64,000 bases of DNA from contig NC_043019.1 of assembly GCF_006345805.1 (NCBI RefSeq), positions 28,085,360 through 28,149,359 on the forward strand, written 5' to 3'. The position numbers and the translations under genes were made by a program. Source of the stretch: Octopus sinensis. Lineage: Eukaryota. Shown here in pieces: positions 40,501-55,431 of the stretch. Within the stretch, counting starts at the first letter, position 1; every line of letters begins with the position of its first letter. Below the pieces are notes generated by a model, which did no database searches, had not been told where the DNA came from, and saw nothing but the letters and a program-made list of their open reading frames with translations.

Positions 40501-43500
40501 ATATAATATGATGTGTATGTGTGTGTATGTGCGTGTGTTATATCATCCTTTAACGACCACTTTCTACGCTGGCAAAAGTTGGACAGGCTATCATGGTCCA
40601 CATTATTTCTCATAAGAAAGCACAGCTCCTAAAGTCTGGTGCTCATACACGTCATTTGGTCCAGTTCCTATGGCTAGAAGCCCTGCTTGTTGCCAACCAC
40701 TTTACAGAGTATACTGGGTGCATTTCCTTATGGCACCAACAACTGAGAGTTTGAATAGACTTTTCCACAATGTGACTGGATTAAAGAGACCTCATATCCT
40801 CATATTTTCACTGCTTGATCACCAATCACTTTACAGTGTGCACTGTGTCCATTTTCATAGCACTGGCATGAGGGAGGTAGCCAAGTTCACCGTCACCTGT
40901 AAAGGGAGCACAGTAGGTTCTGTCTGAATGGAAAGACGGCGAGCTGGCAGAAACATGAGGAAGTGCATTGTGACCAGCAGTGTATAACAACATCTGGTAG
41001 TTTGGTAGATACAGTGATAGGCATGGCTGTGTGGTAAGAAGCTTGCTTCCCAACCATATGGTTCCAGGTTCAGTCCCCATGACACCTTGGGCAAGTGTCT
41101 TCTACTATAGCCTCAGGCTGACCAAAGCCTAGTGAGTGGATTGGGTAGATGGAAACTGAAAGAAGCCGGGCGAAATGCTTAGCGGTATTTTGTCTGCCGC
41201 TACGTTCTGAGTTCAAATTCCGCTGAGGTCGACTTTGCCTTTCATCATTTCGTGGTCGATTAAATAAGTACCAGTTATGCACTGGGGTCAATATAATAAA
41301 CTTAATCCGTTTGTCTGTCCTTGTTTGTCCTCCCAGTGTTTATCCCCTTGTGGGTAGTAAAGAAATAGGTTCTGTCTGAACAGGAGCTGGGATGTCTTTT
41401 ACACAGTCAATGTTGAGAATGTTAAGGAACTAAAGGTGTGCAGACCAAGGAGGGAACAATAACAACAGAAAGACCAGAAATGGGTAGTTAAGAGGGGATA
41501 GTTTAAGGGTATAATGGTAGTGAGAGTACTTAAAACACTGAAGTATATTTGTTCAGCTGACCAAGGAAGAGCATGGGGAGAGAGAGAGCAATGACATCAA
41601 AAGGACCAGAATGGATGGAGGTTGGAAAGAGTAAGACTATGAGGGGGGAGAAGGCAGGGATATTTGGAAGGGGGTTGATAAAAGTGATCGGTCATAGTAG
41701 AGGAGGAAAAAGTTATGAGTGAGGTGAAAGACAAGTGTAGGTATTGGATGGCAACAGATGTGGCCAGAGGAGAGAGAGTGCTGGCTAAATGGATAGAATG
41801 ACTTAATTATCATTAAAATATTAATTCTAATACTTTATGTTGTTGCATTGAACTTGTTTTGCAATAATTATCAACATGTAGTAATTTACAATTGTATTTT
41901 TGCTAATGGTTATGATTGTGGCGGAAGAGTAAAATAATAGGGAGGGAATTGCAGCTGGAGACATTGAATGTATACGAGGGGGGGAAGCAAAAGATATTCT
42001 AACACCGATGAGCTGTAGTGTGAGGTTTTGCAAAGTATTTTGATGAAACTGATGAAATGGCAAATTTCTGTTGCAGATTTTGCAAGAAGTATATATTTTC
42101 ATAATACAAAAGGAAGAAAGAACAAGAAAAGAAGAGAAAGAATAGAAAACAATGTGCTAAGTGCTGATATTAAATTATAGAAGGTCTCACACACACACAC
42201 ACACATAAATATACATATACACATGCACTTACACATGATATATAAGTTGTTTTCTTCAGTTACCAACAAAACAGATTGCTGTTTGTTTTGGATTAAAAGG
42301 CATTTATACAAAAGAATGAAACTAGCATAATATTTAATATATATTATATGAATGATAATATACATATCATGTGAATGATAATATTTCAATATATTTAGTT
42401 TTACATAGACATATGCACTTTTGTATAGAAATTATATTCAAAAGTGGATTTTAGACAAAAAAGAAACTTGTTGTGCATGTGTGCGTGTACATGTGTGTGT
42501 GAGTGTGTGTGTGTATATTGTTTTATTCTTTTACTTGTCTCAGTGATTTGACCATGGCCATGCTGGAACACTGTCTTGAAAAGTTTTAGTCAAACAAGTC
42601 AACCTAGGACTTATTTCTTTAAAGCCTAGCACTTGTTCTATCAGTCACTTTTTCATCAAACCGCTAAGTTACAGGGATGTAAACACACCAACACTGGTTG
42701 TCAAGTAGTGATGGGGCGGTAGGGCAAACATAGACAGTAAGACGTACAAACATAGGCATATATGTATATATATATATGATGGCTTCTTTCAGTTTCCATT
42801 TACCCAATCCACTCACTAGGCTTTGGTCAGCCTGAGGCTATAGTAGAAGACACTTGCCCAAGGTGTCATGGGGACTGAACCTGGAACCATATGGTTGGGA
42901 AGCAAGCTTCTTACCACACAGCCATGCCTATCACTGTATCTACCAAACTACCAGATGTTGTTATACACTGCTGGTCACAATGCACTTCCTCACATTGTTG
43001 TAGCTTTCAAAAGATGCCACCCCGCTCTGTCTAGGTGGGGTGGCATCAAGTACCACTGAACAGAGTGCCAGTCAGCCTCAGGGTTATCCATCTGCAGCTG
43101 AGTGGCCTGGAGCAATGTGAAATAAAGTGTTTTGCTAAAGAACACAATACACTGCTAGTCTAAGAATGAAAATCATGGTTTTATGATTGTGGTTGCAACA
43201 CCATAACCAATGGGCCATCGTACCTCCACACACACAGATGTGTGTGTATGTATATGTATGTATATATATATATATATATAAAACGGGCTTCTTTCAGTTT
43301 CCGTCTAACGAATCCACTCACAAGGCTTTGGTCGGCCAGAGGCTATAGTAGAAGACAATGCCCAAGGTGTCATGCAATGGGACTGAACCCGGAACCATGT
43401 GGTTGGTAAGCAAGCTACTTACCACATAGCCACTCCTGTGCCTATCATTATATGTTTGAGACATCAAGACAATCATTATCTACAATCTCAAGAATGTTTT

Positions 43501-46500
43501 TTTTTTCTGCAAAATCTTGTTCAAAGATATGCATTTTAAAGAAAGTTATGGATAAAGCAAGTGGTGACGAGAATGATGTGAAACCAGCACCCTCACCCAC
43601 TCACCTCAAAATTTAAGGTTTTCAATGTAGTTTCAATGTAATTTTCATAAACTACATCCTTGAAAATGTCTCACAGCAATATTTCATTTAAAAATTTGCA
43701 GAAATATATAAACAAACAAACTTGAGGTGTGGTGATACCAAACTGTAGTTATGCTAAAATTTCAATGATGTTAAAAAAAATACCATCACATTTTGGAATT
43801 ATTGCATTATATGTCTGTTAAATTCTTTAACTGTTTTGCTGCTATAGTTCTCTTGAAATACACTGTGAGGGCATGTGTTTCAATGATTAGGGTATTTGGC
43901 ACATGATTGTAAAGTGATGAGTTCGATTCCTGGTGGAGTTTTGTCTCCTTGAACAAGACACTTCATTTCACATTGCTCCAGCTCACTCAGCTGGCAAAAG
44001 TCAGCCATAATTGTAATTCAAAGAAGGCGGTGAGCTGGCAGAAACGCTAGCACGCCGGGCGAAATGCGTAGCCATATTTCGTCTGCTGTTAAGTTCTGGG
44101 TTCAAATTCCGCTGAGGTCGACTTTGCCTTTCATCCTTTCGGGGTCGATAAATTAAGTACCAGTTACGCACTGGGGTCGATATAATCAACTTAATCCATT
44201 TGTCTGTCCTTGTTTGTCCCCTTGTGGGTAGTAAAGATATATAATTGTAATTCAAAGGGCCAGCCTTGTCACATTCTGTGTCATGCTGAATCTCCCTGAA
44301 AACTACATTAAGGGTACACATGCCAATGAGGTGCTCAGCCACGTGCATGTTAATTTGATGAGCAGGCTGTTCCATTGATTGGATCAACTGGAACATTTGA
44401 GATAATTGACAGGTGTCAGTTGAGAGACACAGTCTTTGTTTCAATTTTGAAAACAAGTGGAGACTTGCTATGGGACAAGTGGACAGCAGGAGGAATCGTC
44501 AGAGGAAGAACTCCCATCAAGCAACTGTTTTGGCCCATTAAGTCTTGACACTTTAACACTTTAATATTGAAACCAGCTAAACCTGGCCCAAATATTAAAC
44601 CTGTTTTATGTTCAAACTGACCAGATTCAGCCTTTTATACCTACTCACAATATCATTCTAAAAATAAACTATCACATCATCAAAATCTCGAAGGTACAAG
44701 ATTATATATGATTAATTTAAAACAATGTGAATAAACTATCATTACATTTGACAGAGCAAACTGAAGGCTAAAGAGTTAAGGGGGCTGAGTTCCCCCTAAG
44801 TTATGACTTCTAGGGTGTCCTCCTGTTATCGAAATTCTGCCTATAGTGGAGTTTGAACTCAGAACATTTGAGTTACCTTATTTCCTTGAAGTATAATATA
44901 TATTGCTCGGCCATGAAGACCACTGCAAGAACTTGCACTGTGAATCTATTTCAAATTGGGTTTTCCCTCCTACTAAATAATGAAGAAATTAGTAACATAA
45001 CTTCGTAATTATTAAGCTGGTATTTGATAACATTAGACAAAATGTTTGTATAATAGAACCAAGGGCAGTCACAAGCAGGGCTAAGTAAGAAATTCATCAA
45101 GGGTTTCTCCTACTGTTTTGAAACATCTCTCCATCTTTAAAGAGAGAGTCTGGAAGATGATGACAGGAATATTTCCACAAGATGTCAAGACAGACCAGGA
45201 ACTCATCAATTCCCATTAATAAGGGGAAATGACAACATGAGCCAGCCATGGATCCCCTACCTGGTAGCTTGACTTACTACAAATAGCAACCAAATTTCAC
45301 TCAAATCACATCCTACAATCTTGAAAGATGCAATGCACAATGTAATCCTAGGTTACAAGTATGCAGAGAAAGGACCGGATGATTCCAGTCGGAATGCCTT
45401 TGATTATAGGTCTGTCCAATCAGGGTTGACCTGGGGCTACATAACAATGTGGCAGATGATGCAATAAATTTGAAGCTTGAAATTTTAGAGGTGAGTCTGA
45501 TGATACGAAGCCAGGTATTTTTAGGTGAGGGTCAAACATGCTTAAACTCATTCCTATTGAAGGAAAGACTAAACTAAGAAAACTATTGGTGCTTTGGACA
45601 AAATGCCTTGCAGTATTGAGTCACAGCCTGTTCTAAGTTCAAATCTCACTGAGATAAATTTAGCTATTCATGCTGTGCTTGAGGAGACCTATTGAGTCAA
45701 GTACATCAACATCAAAATAAAAATCAGATGGATATTGTAGTTGTGATACCCATGCTGGTGGCACGTTGGGCCTCACAAAGGCAATGACGAAAGACCGAGA
45801 CCTCTGAGATATGATGCGACTGCGAAGACCCAACAAATGAAGTGAGTTCATGGCTCGCAGGACGGCCTGCTGTGCTAACCTTGGATCGTAGGGCGACCTG
45901 CTGTGCTTGAGGAGACCTGTTGAGTCAAGTACGTCAACATCAAAATAAAAATCAAATGGAAATTGTAGTTGTGATACCTGTGCCGGTGGCACATAAAAAG
46001 CACCATCTGAACGTGGCCTATGCCAGTGCCGCCTTGACTGGCGTCTGTGCAGGTGACACGTAAAAAGCACCAACTGATAGTGACAGTTTGCCAGCCTCTT
46101 CTGGCCCCTGTGCCGGTGGTACATAAAAAGCACCCACTACCTTCAGAGAGTGGTTGGCATATGGAAGGGCATCCAGCTGTAGAAACACTGCCAGATCAGA
46201 CTGGAGCTTGGTGCAGCCTCCTGGCTTCCAAGACCCCAGTCGAACCGTCCAACCCATGCTAGTATGGAAAACGGACGTTAAATGATGATGATGATCCTTC
46301 CAATAATTTCTGGAATTTCAGGTTTTGTGCCTGCTTCAGAAATGATAGGTACTGGTAATTACAACCATAGACATACGTATTGCCAACGACTAGGTCTTTA
46401 GAATCGTTTGTGCCAACATTCCATTCTAAAATGTCTGTTGATTATCTTCCCCACACATTTTCTGAACCACTTCCAAATTGCTTTAATGTCTGTAAGTTTA

Positions 46501-49454
46501 CGAAATCATATTCTTCCATCTACCAATACAGACGCCCTGGATATTTTTCAATTGCATCCTGAATTCTTAAATTCTTTGTCCACCCAGCTGATACCCTAGT
46601 GACAGTGAAAACACACACACACACAGAACTCTGCTGAGTACGTCAACAGATTTATGTCGAGCATAAGAAAACTAAACTAATTTGGTAATGGAAGAATTTC
46701 AATTTTTTTTTTTATTTAAAAATGGTTAACAAATATAATTCAGCATGTTGACGTCTGTTATCAAGTTACTGAGTTCAAATCGAGACGTAATTACAGTGGG
46801 TGTGTCACCAATTACAACTTTTATCGCTACAGTGGGAGGGGCGGCGCTGATCAAAATAGTCGTTGTTGCTGCTGTTTAACCCATGGTCGGGCCTGAATCA
46901 AGCGGAACTAAGCTGAAATGTATCCCTGCTTTTATAGTATTTACTAGGACTAAATTCGTTGACATTCCTCCTTTCAGACGGGAGGATGTGTTTTGGCTGC
47001 TATTTCTAGCAGGTCGAACACTCGTTGTCTTTATGCTGTGTTCTATAATCTGTATATACAGACACAAATGATATATTATATAAACTCATACAAACATATG
47101 CACATACTTATACACACGCACATACGTAGATACATACATACGCGTGCTCGTATGTTATATTTTCCATGTTTTTCTTGTGTTATTACCTCATCTTGGAGGG
47201 AAGGAGGCGGATACTTCGTCCGAAGCAGTTCCAATCTCAAATACTTGTATTACCGTGTGTGTGTGTGTGTGTGTGTTCCAAGCAGTGTAATCCACACTGA
47301 AATGACAAAAGTAGGAAATCGAAATCGCAACTTTTTTGCTTCCGATCCTTGACTTGATTATAGCTAAAGCTCAATGCTCCATCATTTACAAAGTTGACTT
47401 CGAAAGGATTCTGAGTTCGAATTCTACCGAAGTCAATATTACCCTTTCATTCTTCTCGGGGCGAAAGAATAGAAACACACCAGTCAACAACGGAGATCGA
47501 TGACATCAACAAATCACCTTCCCTCAAAAATTGCTGCTCTTGGGCCTAAACTCGAAACAATTATTATTATTAACTGTTATGGATGTAAAAAAATCATTCC
47601 ATGTAAGAGATGTCAGCCGACCCAACCAGACTTTAGTGTTTTCATCGCAATTGTTAATTGGATTCTTGCTAATTTCTATAAATAACAGCAAAACTTTTTA
47701 AGGATATTAATTCAATCTCCTTCCTTTTTTACAATAGTCATAAAATAGAATTTTTAAAAACTCGTGAAATCAGCTGAAATCATCATCATCATGTGATTGT
47801 GACGATCGGAATATTTCGTCTATGAACATCACTTATTCTTATAGCTCTATCCTCATCGAACATTATTATTATTACTGGATTAAGGCGGCCAGCTTAGCAG
47901 AATCGCTGGCACCCAGGGCAAAATACTTCGTCCGTCTTAATGTTCTGATCTCAAATTCCGTCGAGGTCGACTTTGCTTGTAATCTTTTCGGGGTCGATAA
48001 AATAAGTACTCTTTGAACACTGAGGTCGACTTATCCTACCCACCGAAATTGCAGGCCTTGTGCCAAAAATTTGAAATTATTGTTATTATTATTATTATCA
48101 TTATTGGACAATTTGGTGGGGGGAGGCACTGGACAGTGTTTTGTCCCATTATGTTCCAAGTACGAACACCACCAAGTTGGAGGATGCAACTTGTTTGTCA
48201 AACTCCAAGATTATTGTTGCTAACAAATTCTAGTTCCAGCCTCGAGAGACAAAAATAAACAAATAAATAAAGTCAAAAGTATTTATGCCATGACCATCCC
48301 TCCCGCTTTATATAAAAAAAAATACATCAACTAGCACCACATTATCCAGGTGTCCTTTTCCTTGTGACTTCTGGGATATTTGACTGCTATTTCTCGCTGG
48401 TCGAGCGGCCCTGTAAATGCCTTTTGTCGGTTCGTTTCTTCTAGATTTAATGAAATAAATACTCCTCAGAGAATGGGGTCGATTTAAATCTCTATACTTT
48501 TCTCACCCTTAAATGAATGTGTGATCTTGTGTTCATGTTAGAAACCAACGTCCTTACGATCTGAGTTCAAATTCAGCTGAGGGTAACTTTGCCTTTCTTC
48601 CTTTCGGGGGTCGATAAAATAAGTACCAGTCGAGTACTTGAATCGATTAGCCTCCTCCCCGAAAATTTCAGGCCTTGGGCCTCATAGTAGAAAGGATTAT
48701 TATGATTAGCAAGCACTGATGTCATATGTTGGAGATTAGCCATTGCACGGATCCCTCATTATGACTAGTTCTTCTATGGTGACCACCTCACATCAACACC
48801 TGTGGCACGGAAGGGGTGAGCAACAAAGTTAACTAAGGCGAAATTCGAACCCAAAATAGTACGGTAATAATACTAGGGTACCTAGTAACCATAATCATTC
48901 CTACCATTTATGAGCGGCAGTCGAAGAAATCATCATCATCATCTATTAACATGTTTTTCGGGCAAACATGCTCTGCCGTATTTCGATACCGTCCTTTTAT
49001 GTTCAGGGTTCGAATAGCACCGAGGTTAGTTGTGGTTTCTTTCTTCCCGGGATCGATAACACAAAGCACCAAACAAGAAGTGGGATTGATTCCTATTCCT
49101 AGAAAACATCCTAAATATGAAAGGAAGCCGACTTTGTTTTTCCAATCCTCTGTCTGGGTGGTCGACGAAATAAAGAACCTATTAAGTACTAAACGAAAGG
49201 GGTTTTTGAACGGATTTATAAGTAACATGTTTGGCATGGGGCCCTCGACTAAAAAGTCTCCGTCCTTTATATTCCTAGAGTTTCTTGTTTTCCTTTGTGT
49301 TTTACTAATTGTTCCACCATCTCTCCATCGTGTGTGGGGTGGAGTGCTGAAGAAAAAAAAATCTGTTGCCGAAACAACAACAAAGGAGAGAAATAAAAGC
49401 GAACGAAAACAAATGATGATAATAAAATGGAAATTGCAGCGACTTACCTGTCAT
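205..49454 (-). CDS. SNX29: Sorting nexin-29 (RUN + coiled-coil + PX), 20 coding exons in window, 3' end beyond window start
   Basis: All 20 exons have GT-AG boundaries and matching phases; total 2301 nt = 767 codons without a stop. Diagnostic peptides: LLTRLLDAVKQCQVRFGGRRELATDGDSR, GRGRAWLRASLNERSLERY, YEKKLIQVAEMHGELIEFNE, VYIRIQDEEWNVYRRY, all matching recalled vertebrate SNX29. Confidence 0.93.
877..1262 (+). mobile_element. Non-autonomous Helitron-like element
   Basis: Inserted between A and T; 5' TC, 3' subterminal hairpin (cccgagcaacactggg) then CTAG; internal 101-bp tandem duplication. Confidence 0.7.
1742..1832 (-). CDS. SNX29: SNX29 exon 19 (NLTITPRNLVHVWIPSAFLRGLSSDTYHVYQ), PX start
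   Basis: 91 nt, phase 2 to 0. Confidence 0.93.
1925..2385. repeat. Compound (TATC)/(TGTC) microsatellite
   Basis: Direct reading; explains the three overlapping low-complexity ORFs. Confidence 0.95.
2485..2537 (-). CDS. SNX29: SNX29 exon 18 (LPDEGPSYSDCVSLDVD)
   Basis: 53 nt, phase 0 to 2, long polypyrimidine tract. Confidence 0.88.
2810..3120 (+). mobile_element. CR1-type LINE 3' fragment
   Basis: Encodes ...FFTLRVTEAWNKLPASVV..., same 3' UTR as the 15.9-16.6 kb copy, ends in (ATT)n. Confidence 0.8.
3982..4098 (-). CDS. SNX29: SNX29 exon 17 (VAEMHGELIEFNEALH...LHGP)
   Basis: 117 nt, phase 0 to 0, donor gtctgt. Confidence 0.94.
4785..5240 (-). mobile_element. tRNA-headed SINE with internal duplication
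   Basis: Minus-strand head TGGCTCAGTGGTTAGAGC...GAGTTCAATTACC (A/B boxes); ~100-bp internal repeat. Confidence 0.65.
5448..5554 (-). CDS. SNX29: SNX29 exon 16 (GSLGIHLDELQPVIPPPKSSIDYSHEASEYEKKLIQ)
   Basis: 107 nt, phase 1 to 0. Confidence 0.92.
6269..6351 (-). CDS. SNX29: SNX29 exon 15 (KENELLRHQLKKYVNAVQLLRKEGTKAE)
   Basis: 83 nt, phase 2 to 1; an in-frame alternative donor would start the exon at 6284. Confidence 0.9.
6509..6637 (-). CDS. SNX29: SNX29 exon 14 (RSLQQLLSQEKE...KIQSLQ), coiled coil
   Basis: 129 nt, phase 2 to 2. Confidence 0.9.
7477..7540 (-). CDS. SNX29: SNX29 exon 13 (SELKKAIVTMMVRKDHVEEQN)
   Basis: 64 nt, phase 1 to 2; weak gtttct donor, but the peptide matches SELRQA..AMMNRKDELEEEN. 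Confidence 0.88.
8951..9018 (-). CDS. SNX29: SNX29 exon 12 (CQSYRTEGDGGNVQQDTHNEMTT)
   Basis: 68 nt, phase 2 to 1, gtaagt donor. Confidence 0.85.
9278..9735. mobile_element. Non-coding interspersed element in (TAA)n, truncated copy
   Basis: 458 bp homologous to 32652-33109; flanked by (TAA)n. Confidence 0.85.
10864..11017 (-). CDS. SNX29: SNX29 exon 11 (GNTSDYKIYSNSDVESAAFALAQAQK + poly-Asn/Ser)
   Basis: 154 nt, phase 1 to 2, strong polypyrimidine acceptor, gttagt donor. Confidence 0.8.
13197..13276 (-). CDS. SNX29: SNX29 exon 10 (NYCKDLLIPVTLSGVGAQTNKKESSQQ)
   Basis: 80 nt, phase 2 to 1, ttttag acceptor, CAAG/gtaagt donor; LLIPVT..GVG resembles recalled human ILFPVSGVG. Confidence 0.85.
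14509..14728. mobile_element. TTAA-flanked MITE (piggyBac-like)
   Basis: TTAA-CCCTTTCGTTAC...GTAACAAAAGGG-TTAA; second copy inverted at 24348-24562. Confidence 0.75.
15200..15737 (-). CDS. SNX29: SNX29 exon 9 (ERKRDRKKKKLPNIVTFSDDDD...LELDG), Ser-rich linker
   Basis: 538 nt open frame, phase 1 to 2; basic then acidic stretch as in vertebrate SNX29. Confidence 0.92.
15870..16570 (-). mobile_element. 5'-truncated CR1-type LINE (RT C-terminus + 3' UTR), frameshifted
   Basis: LYIAMVRPHLEFAS / PVWNPYLAKDINRLEAVQRRATKRIP / YPERLTSLGMDTLKLRR are CR1-clade motifs. Confidence 0.85.
16873..17122 (+). pseudogene. Three tandem tRNA-Arg(UCG)-derived pseudogenes (16873-16945, 16962-17033, 17050-17122)
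   Basis: Copies read like GACC.CGTGGCCTAATGGATAAGGCGTCTGACTTCG.ATCAGAAGATT..GGTTCGAGTC with many G>A and C>T changes; D and acceptor stems broken; 16-bp spacers are homologous. Confidence 0.8.
17860..18018 (-). CDS. SNX29: SNX29 exon 8 (GLGSILFALIIDNPEINSP...KPTIS)
   Basis: 159 nt, phase 1 to 1, gtaagt donor. Confidence 0.92.
18266..18500 (-). mobile_element. Full-length tRNA-derived SINE with 13-bp TSD, nested in another SINE
   Basis: TSD AGGCATGCATACC at 18253-65 and 18501-13; A/B-box-like head (TGGCAGAAA..., GAGTTCAAATTCC). Confidence 0.9.
18730..19140 (-). mobile_element. Degenerate Tx1/L1-like RT fragment
   Basis: Minus strand AIVTLLKKKPNKEQKETFDNLRP then, after a frameshift, LNTEIKL; resembles the RT motif xxYRPIxLLNxxxKIL. 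Confidence 0.5.
19491..19561 (-). CDS. SNX29: SNX29 exon 7 (SQYYEDWSFLRDQERSSMLPNMAA)
   Basis: 71 nt, phase 2 to 1, gtgagc donor. Confidence 0.94.
19602..20286 (-). mobile_element. Internally deleted mariner remnant
   Basis: Peptides PQLSYSLDLEFC (YSPDLAPCD-like), LFPKSKSTLKGHQFQ, ELCIAPENVFQDAFQNWQK and GEIYFDGD; decayed TIRs (ta)tgaggtctgtctaaaa and ttctttacagaccctc. Confidence 0.75.
20775..20949 (-). CDS. SNX29: SNX29 exon 6 (AFWQNIKEHLTKHEVQRF...GRGRAWLRASLNE...DDIL), RUN domain
   Basis: 175 nt, phase 1 to 2; RUN-domain signature GRGRAWLR. Confidence 0.95.
22197..22428 (-). mobile_element. Full-length tRNA-derived SINE with 15-bp TSD
   Basis: TSD TCATCATATAATACT at 22182-96 and 22429-43. 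Confidence 0.9.
22717..22781 (-). CDS. SNX29: SNX29 exon 5 (KQVSEITGLRKVTRFVDMEPYP)
   Basis: 65 nt, phase 2 to 1, gtaagc donor. Confidence 0.85.
23360..23440 (-). CDS. SNX29: SNX29 exon 4 (RVSCLCAAWEAVLQYGLRYSNKAFSAL), RUN domain
   Basis: 81 nt, phase 2 to 2, tgcag acceptor, gtaagt donor. Confidence 0.92.
24348..24562. mobile_element. TTAA-flanked MITE, second copy in opposite orientation
   Basis: TTAA-CCCTTTCATTAC...GTAACGAAAGGG-TTAA. A related family with TTAA(C/T)CTTTAGCAT-like ends occurs near 5.85, 44.6, 51.55, 53.7 and 57.05 kb. Confidence 0.75.
24620..25025 (-). mobile_element. Interspersed SINE-like repeat ending in (GAT)n, with internal tandem sub-repeats
   Basis: Homologous to 12190-12540, 21660-21960 and 45670-46295; ends ...CGTTAAA(TGA)n; RTE-type tail is an inference. 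Confidence 0.7.
26878..26930 (-). CDS. SNX29: SNX29 exon 3 (CQVRFGGRRELATDGDS)
   Basis: 53 nt, phase 0 to 2, gtaagt donor. Confidence 0.93.
30287..30351 (-). CDS. SNX29: SNX29 exon 2 (DYDAHLAERQSLLTRLLDAVKQ)
   Basis: 65 nt, tacag acceptor, gtaata donor, phase 1 to 0. Confidence 0.92.
32553..33109. mobile_element. Non-coding interspersed element in (TAA)n, longer copy (~557 bp)
   Basis: Same right end (ctctctcactc-aataat) as the 9.3-kb copy, about 100 bp longer at left. Confidence 0.85.
33715..34225 (+). mobile_element. 5'-truncated R4/Dong-like non-LTR retrotransposon (restriction-like endonuclease domain) in a (TAA)n tract
   Basis: Open frame WYRHTPEKVTENEKATTLWDMPIHTDREIKANRPDIVV...FLIDVSIP...KLSKYKDL...IPIIVGALG; PD-(D/E)xK RLE pattern; flanked by (TAA)n on both sides. 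Confidence 0.85.
37184..37629. repeat. Foldback structure: ~90-bp inverted repeats plus terminal 16-bp hairpin
   Basis: 37191-37277 is the reverse complement of 37512-37600 apart from A/T-run lengths; 37592-607 pairs with 37614-629. Confidence 0.85.
38265..39740. repeat. ACGT-rich minisatellite, 100-bp unit with ~677-bp higher-order duplication
   Basis: AGGTACGAAT recurs at 38401, 38501 and 38601; variant units recur 676-678 bp apart. Confidence 0.92.
40929..41365 (+). mobile_element. tRNA-derived SINE with 15-bp TSD, interrupted by a 212-bp templated insert
   Basis: TSD TAGGTTCTGTCTGAA at 40914-28 and 41366-80. Confidence 0.9.
44024..44240 (+). mobile_element. Full-length tRNA-derived SINE with 17-bp TSD, nested in another SINE
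   Basis: TSD ATAATTGTAATTCAAAG at 44007-23 and 44241-57. Confidence 0.9.
49448..49454 (-). CDS. SNX29: SNX29 coding exon 1 (ATG ACA G)
   Basis: ATGACAG followed by GTAAGT donor; phase 1 matches exon 2; lies next to the shared promoter. Confidence 0.7.
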
Positions 49455-49717
49455 TTCTGGTGTCAAGAGAAATAAGGTGATATATATGTGTACATGTATA
49501 CATATATAATATAGGGGTTAGGTAGATGTGGTTGGTTATAGTTTTGTAAATATGTATGTATTTGTGAATGTATACATATGCGTGTGTATATGTATATATT
49601 TGTATATGCGTGTGTATATATATATGTATATATATATATATGTCTGTGTGTATATATAAGTATGTATATAAATGCTATATATGTATGTGAATGTGTTTGT
49701 ATATATGCATATAAAGA

Positions 49718-49764
<47 letters not shown>

Positions 49765-49877
49765 GCACGTAAGTATGTATACGAATGCTGTGTGTGTGTC
49801 TGTGTGTGTAAATCCACAGCAGCCGATCAAACAAGTCTCGCCATCAACCTCTTCCCGTTGTGACTGCAATAAACAAA

Positions 49878-49947
49878 TCATGTGATCTGTGACGTCACTT
49901 CCGGAACTGTGGCCTTTTCCCGGTACTACCTTGTTAGGGTATACACG
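49878..49947 (+). promoter_or_regulatory. Bidirectional SNX29/RPL10 core promoter, TCT/5'TOP initiator and non-coding RPL10 exon 1
   Basis: TCATGTGA (49878-85), TGACGTCACTTCCGG (49890-904), CCTTTTCC TCT-type initiator at ~49913-20, donor CG/gtgagt at 49947/8. Confidence 0.8.
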
Positions 49948-50157
49948 GTGAGTTTTTACCTCTTGTCTTCATCTTTTGTAATCTTGTTGCTTTTCCCATT
50001 CAATCCGTCTACATTTACTTCTAGATTTATTCGTGAATGTTTAGTCTGTAATATTTAAAATGTCTTTAACGGAAAAAAAAATCCTTGACTCGTTTCTTTT
50101 AGAGCAATCGGATAGCACTGTGTCTCACGTTCCATTTCCTTCATTTCAGCTGCGAAA

Positions 50158-55403
<5,246 letters not shown>

Positions 55404-55425
55404 TTTTATAAACTACATAACTGGA

Positions 55426-55431
55426 AATAAA
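55426..55431 (+). terminator. RPL10 polyadenylation signal AATAAA
   Basis: AATAAA about 23 nt after the stop codon, consistent with the short 3' UTR of ribosomal protein genes. Confidence 0.75.

Noticed and set aside
41400-41800. Purine-rich block that might be a Penelope-type terminal region
   Set aside because: No hammerhead core or recognisable peptide found nearby.
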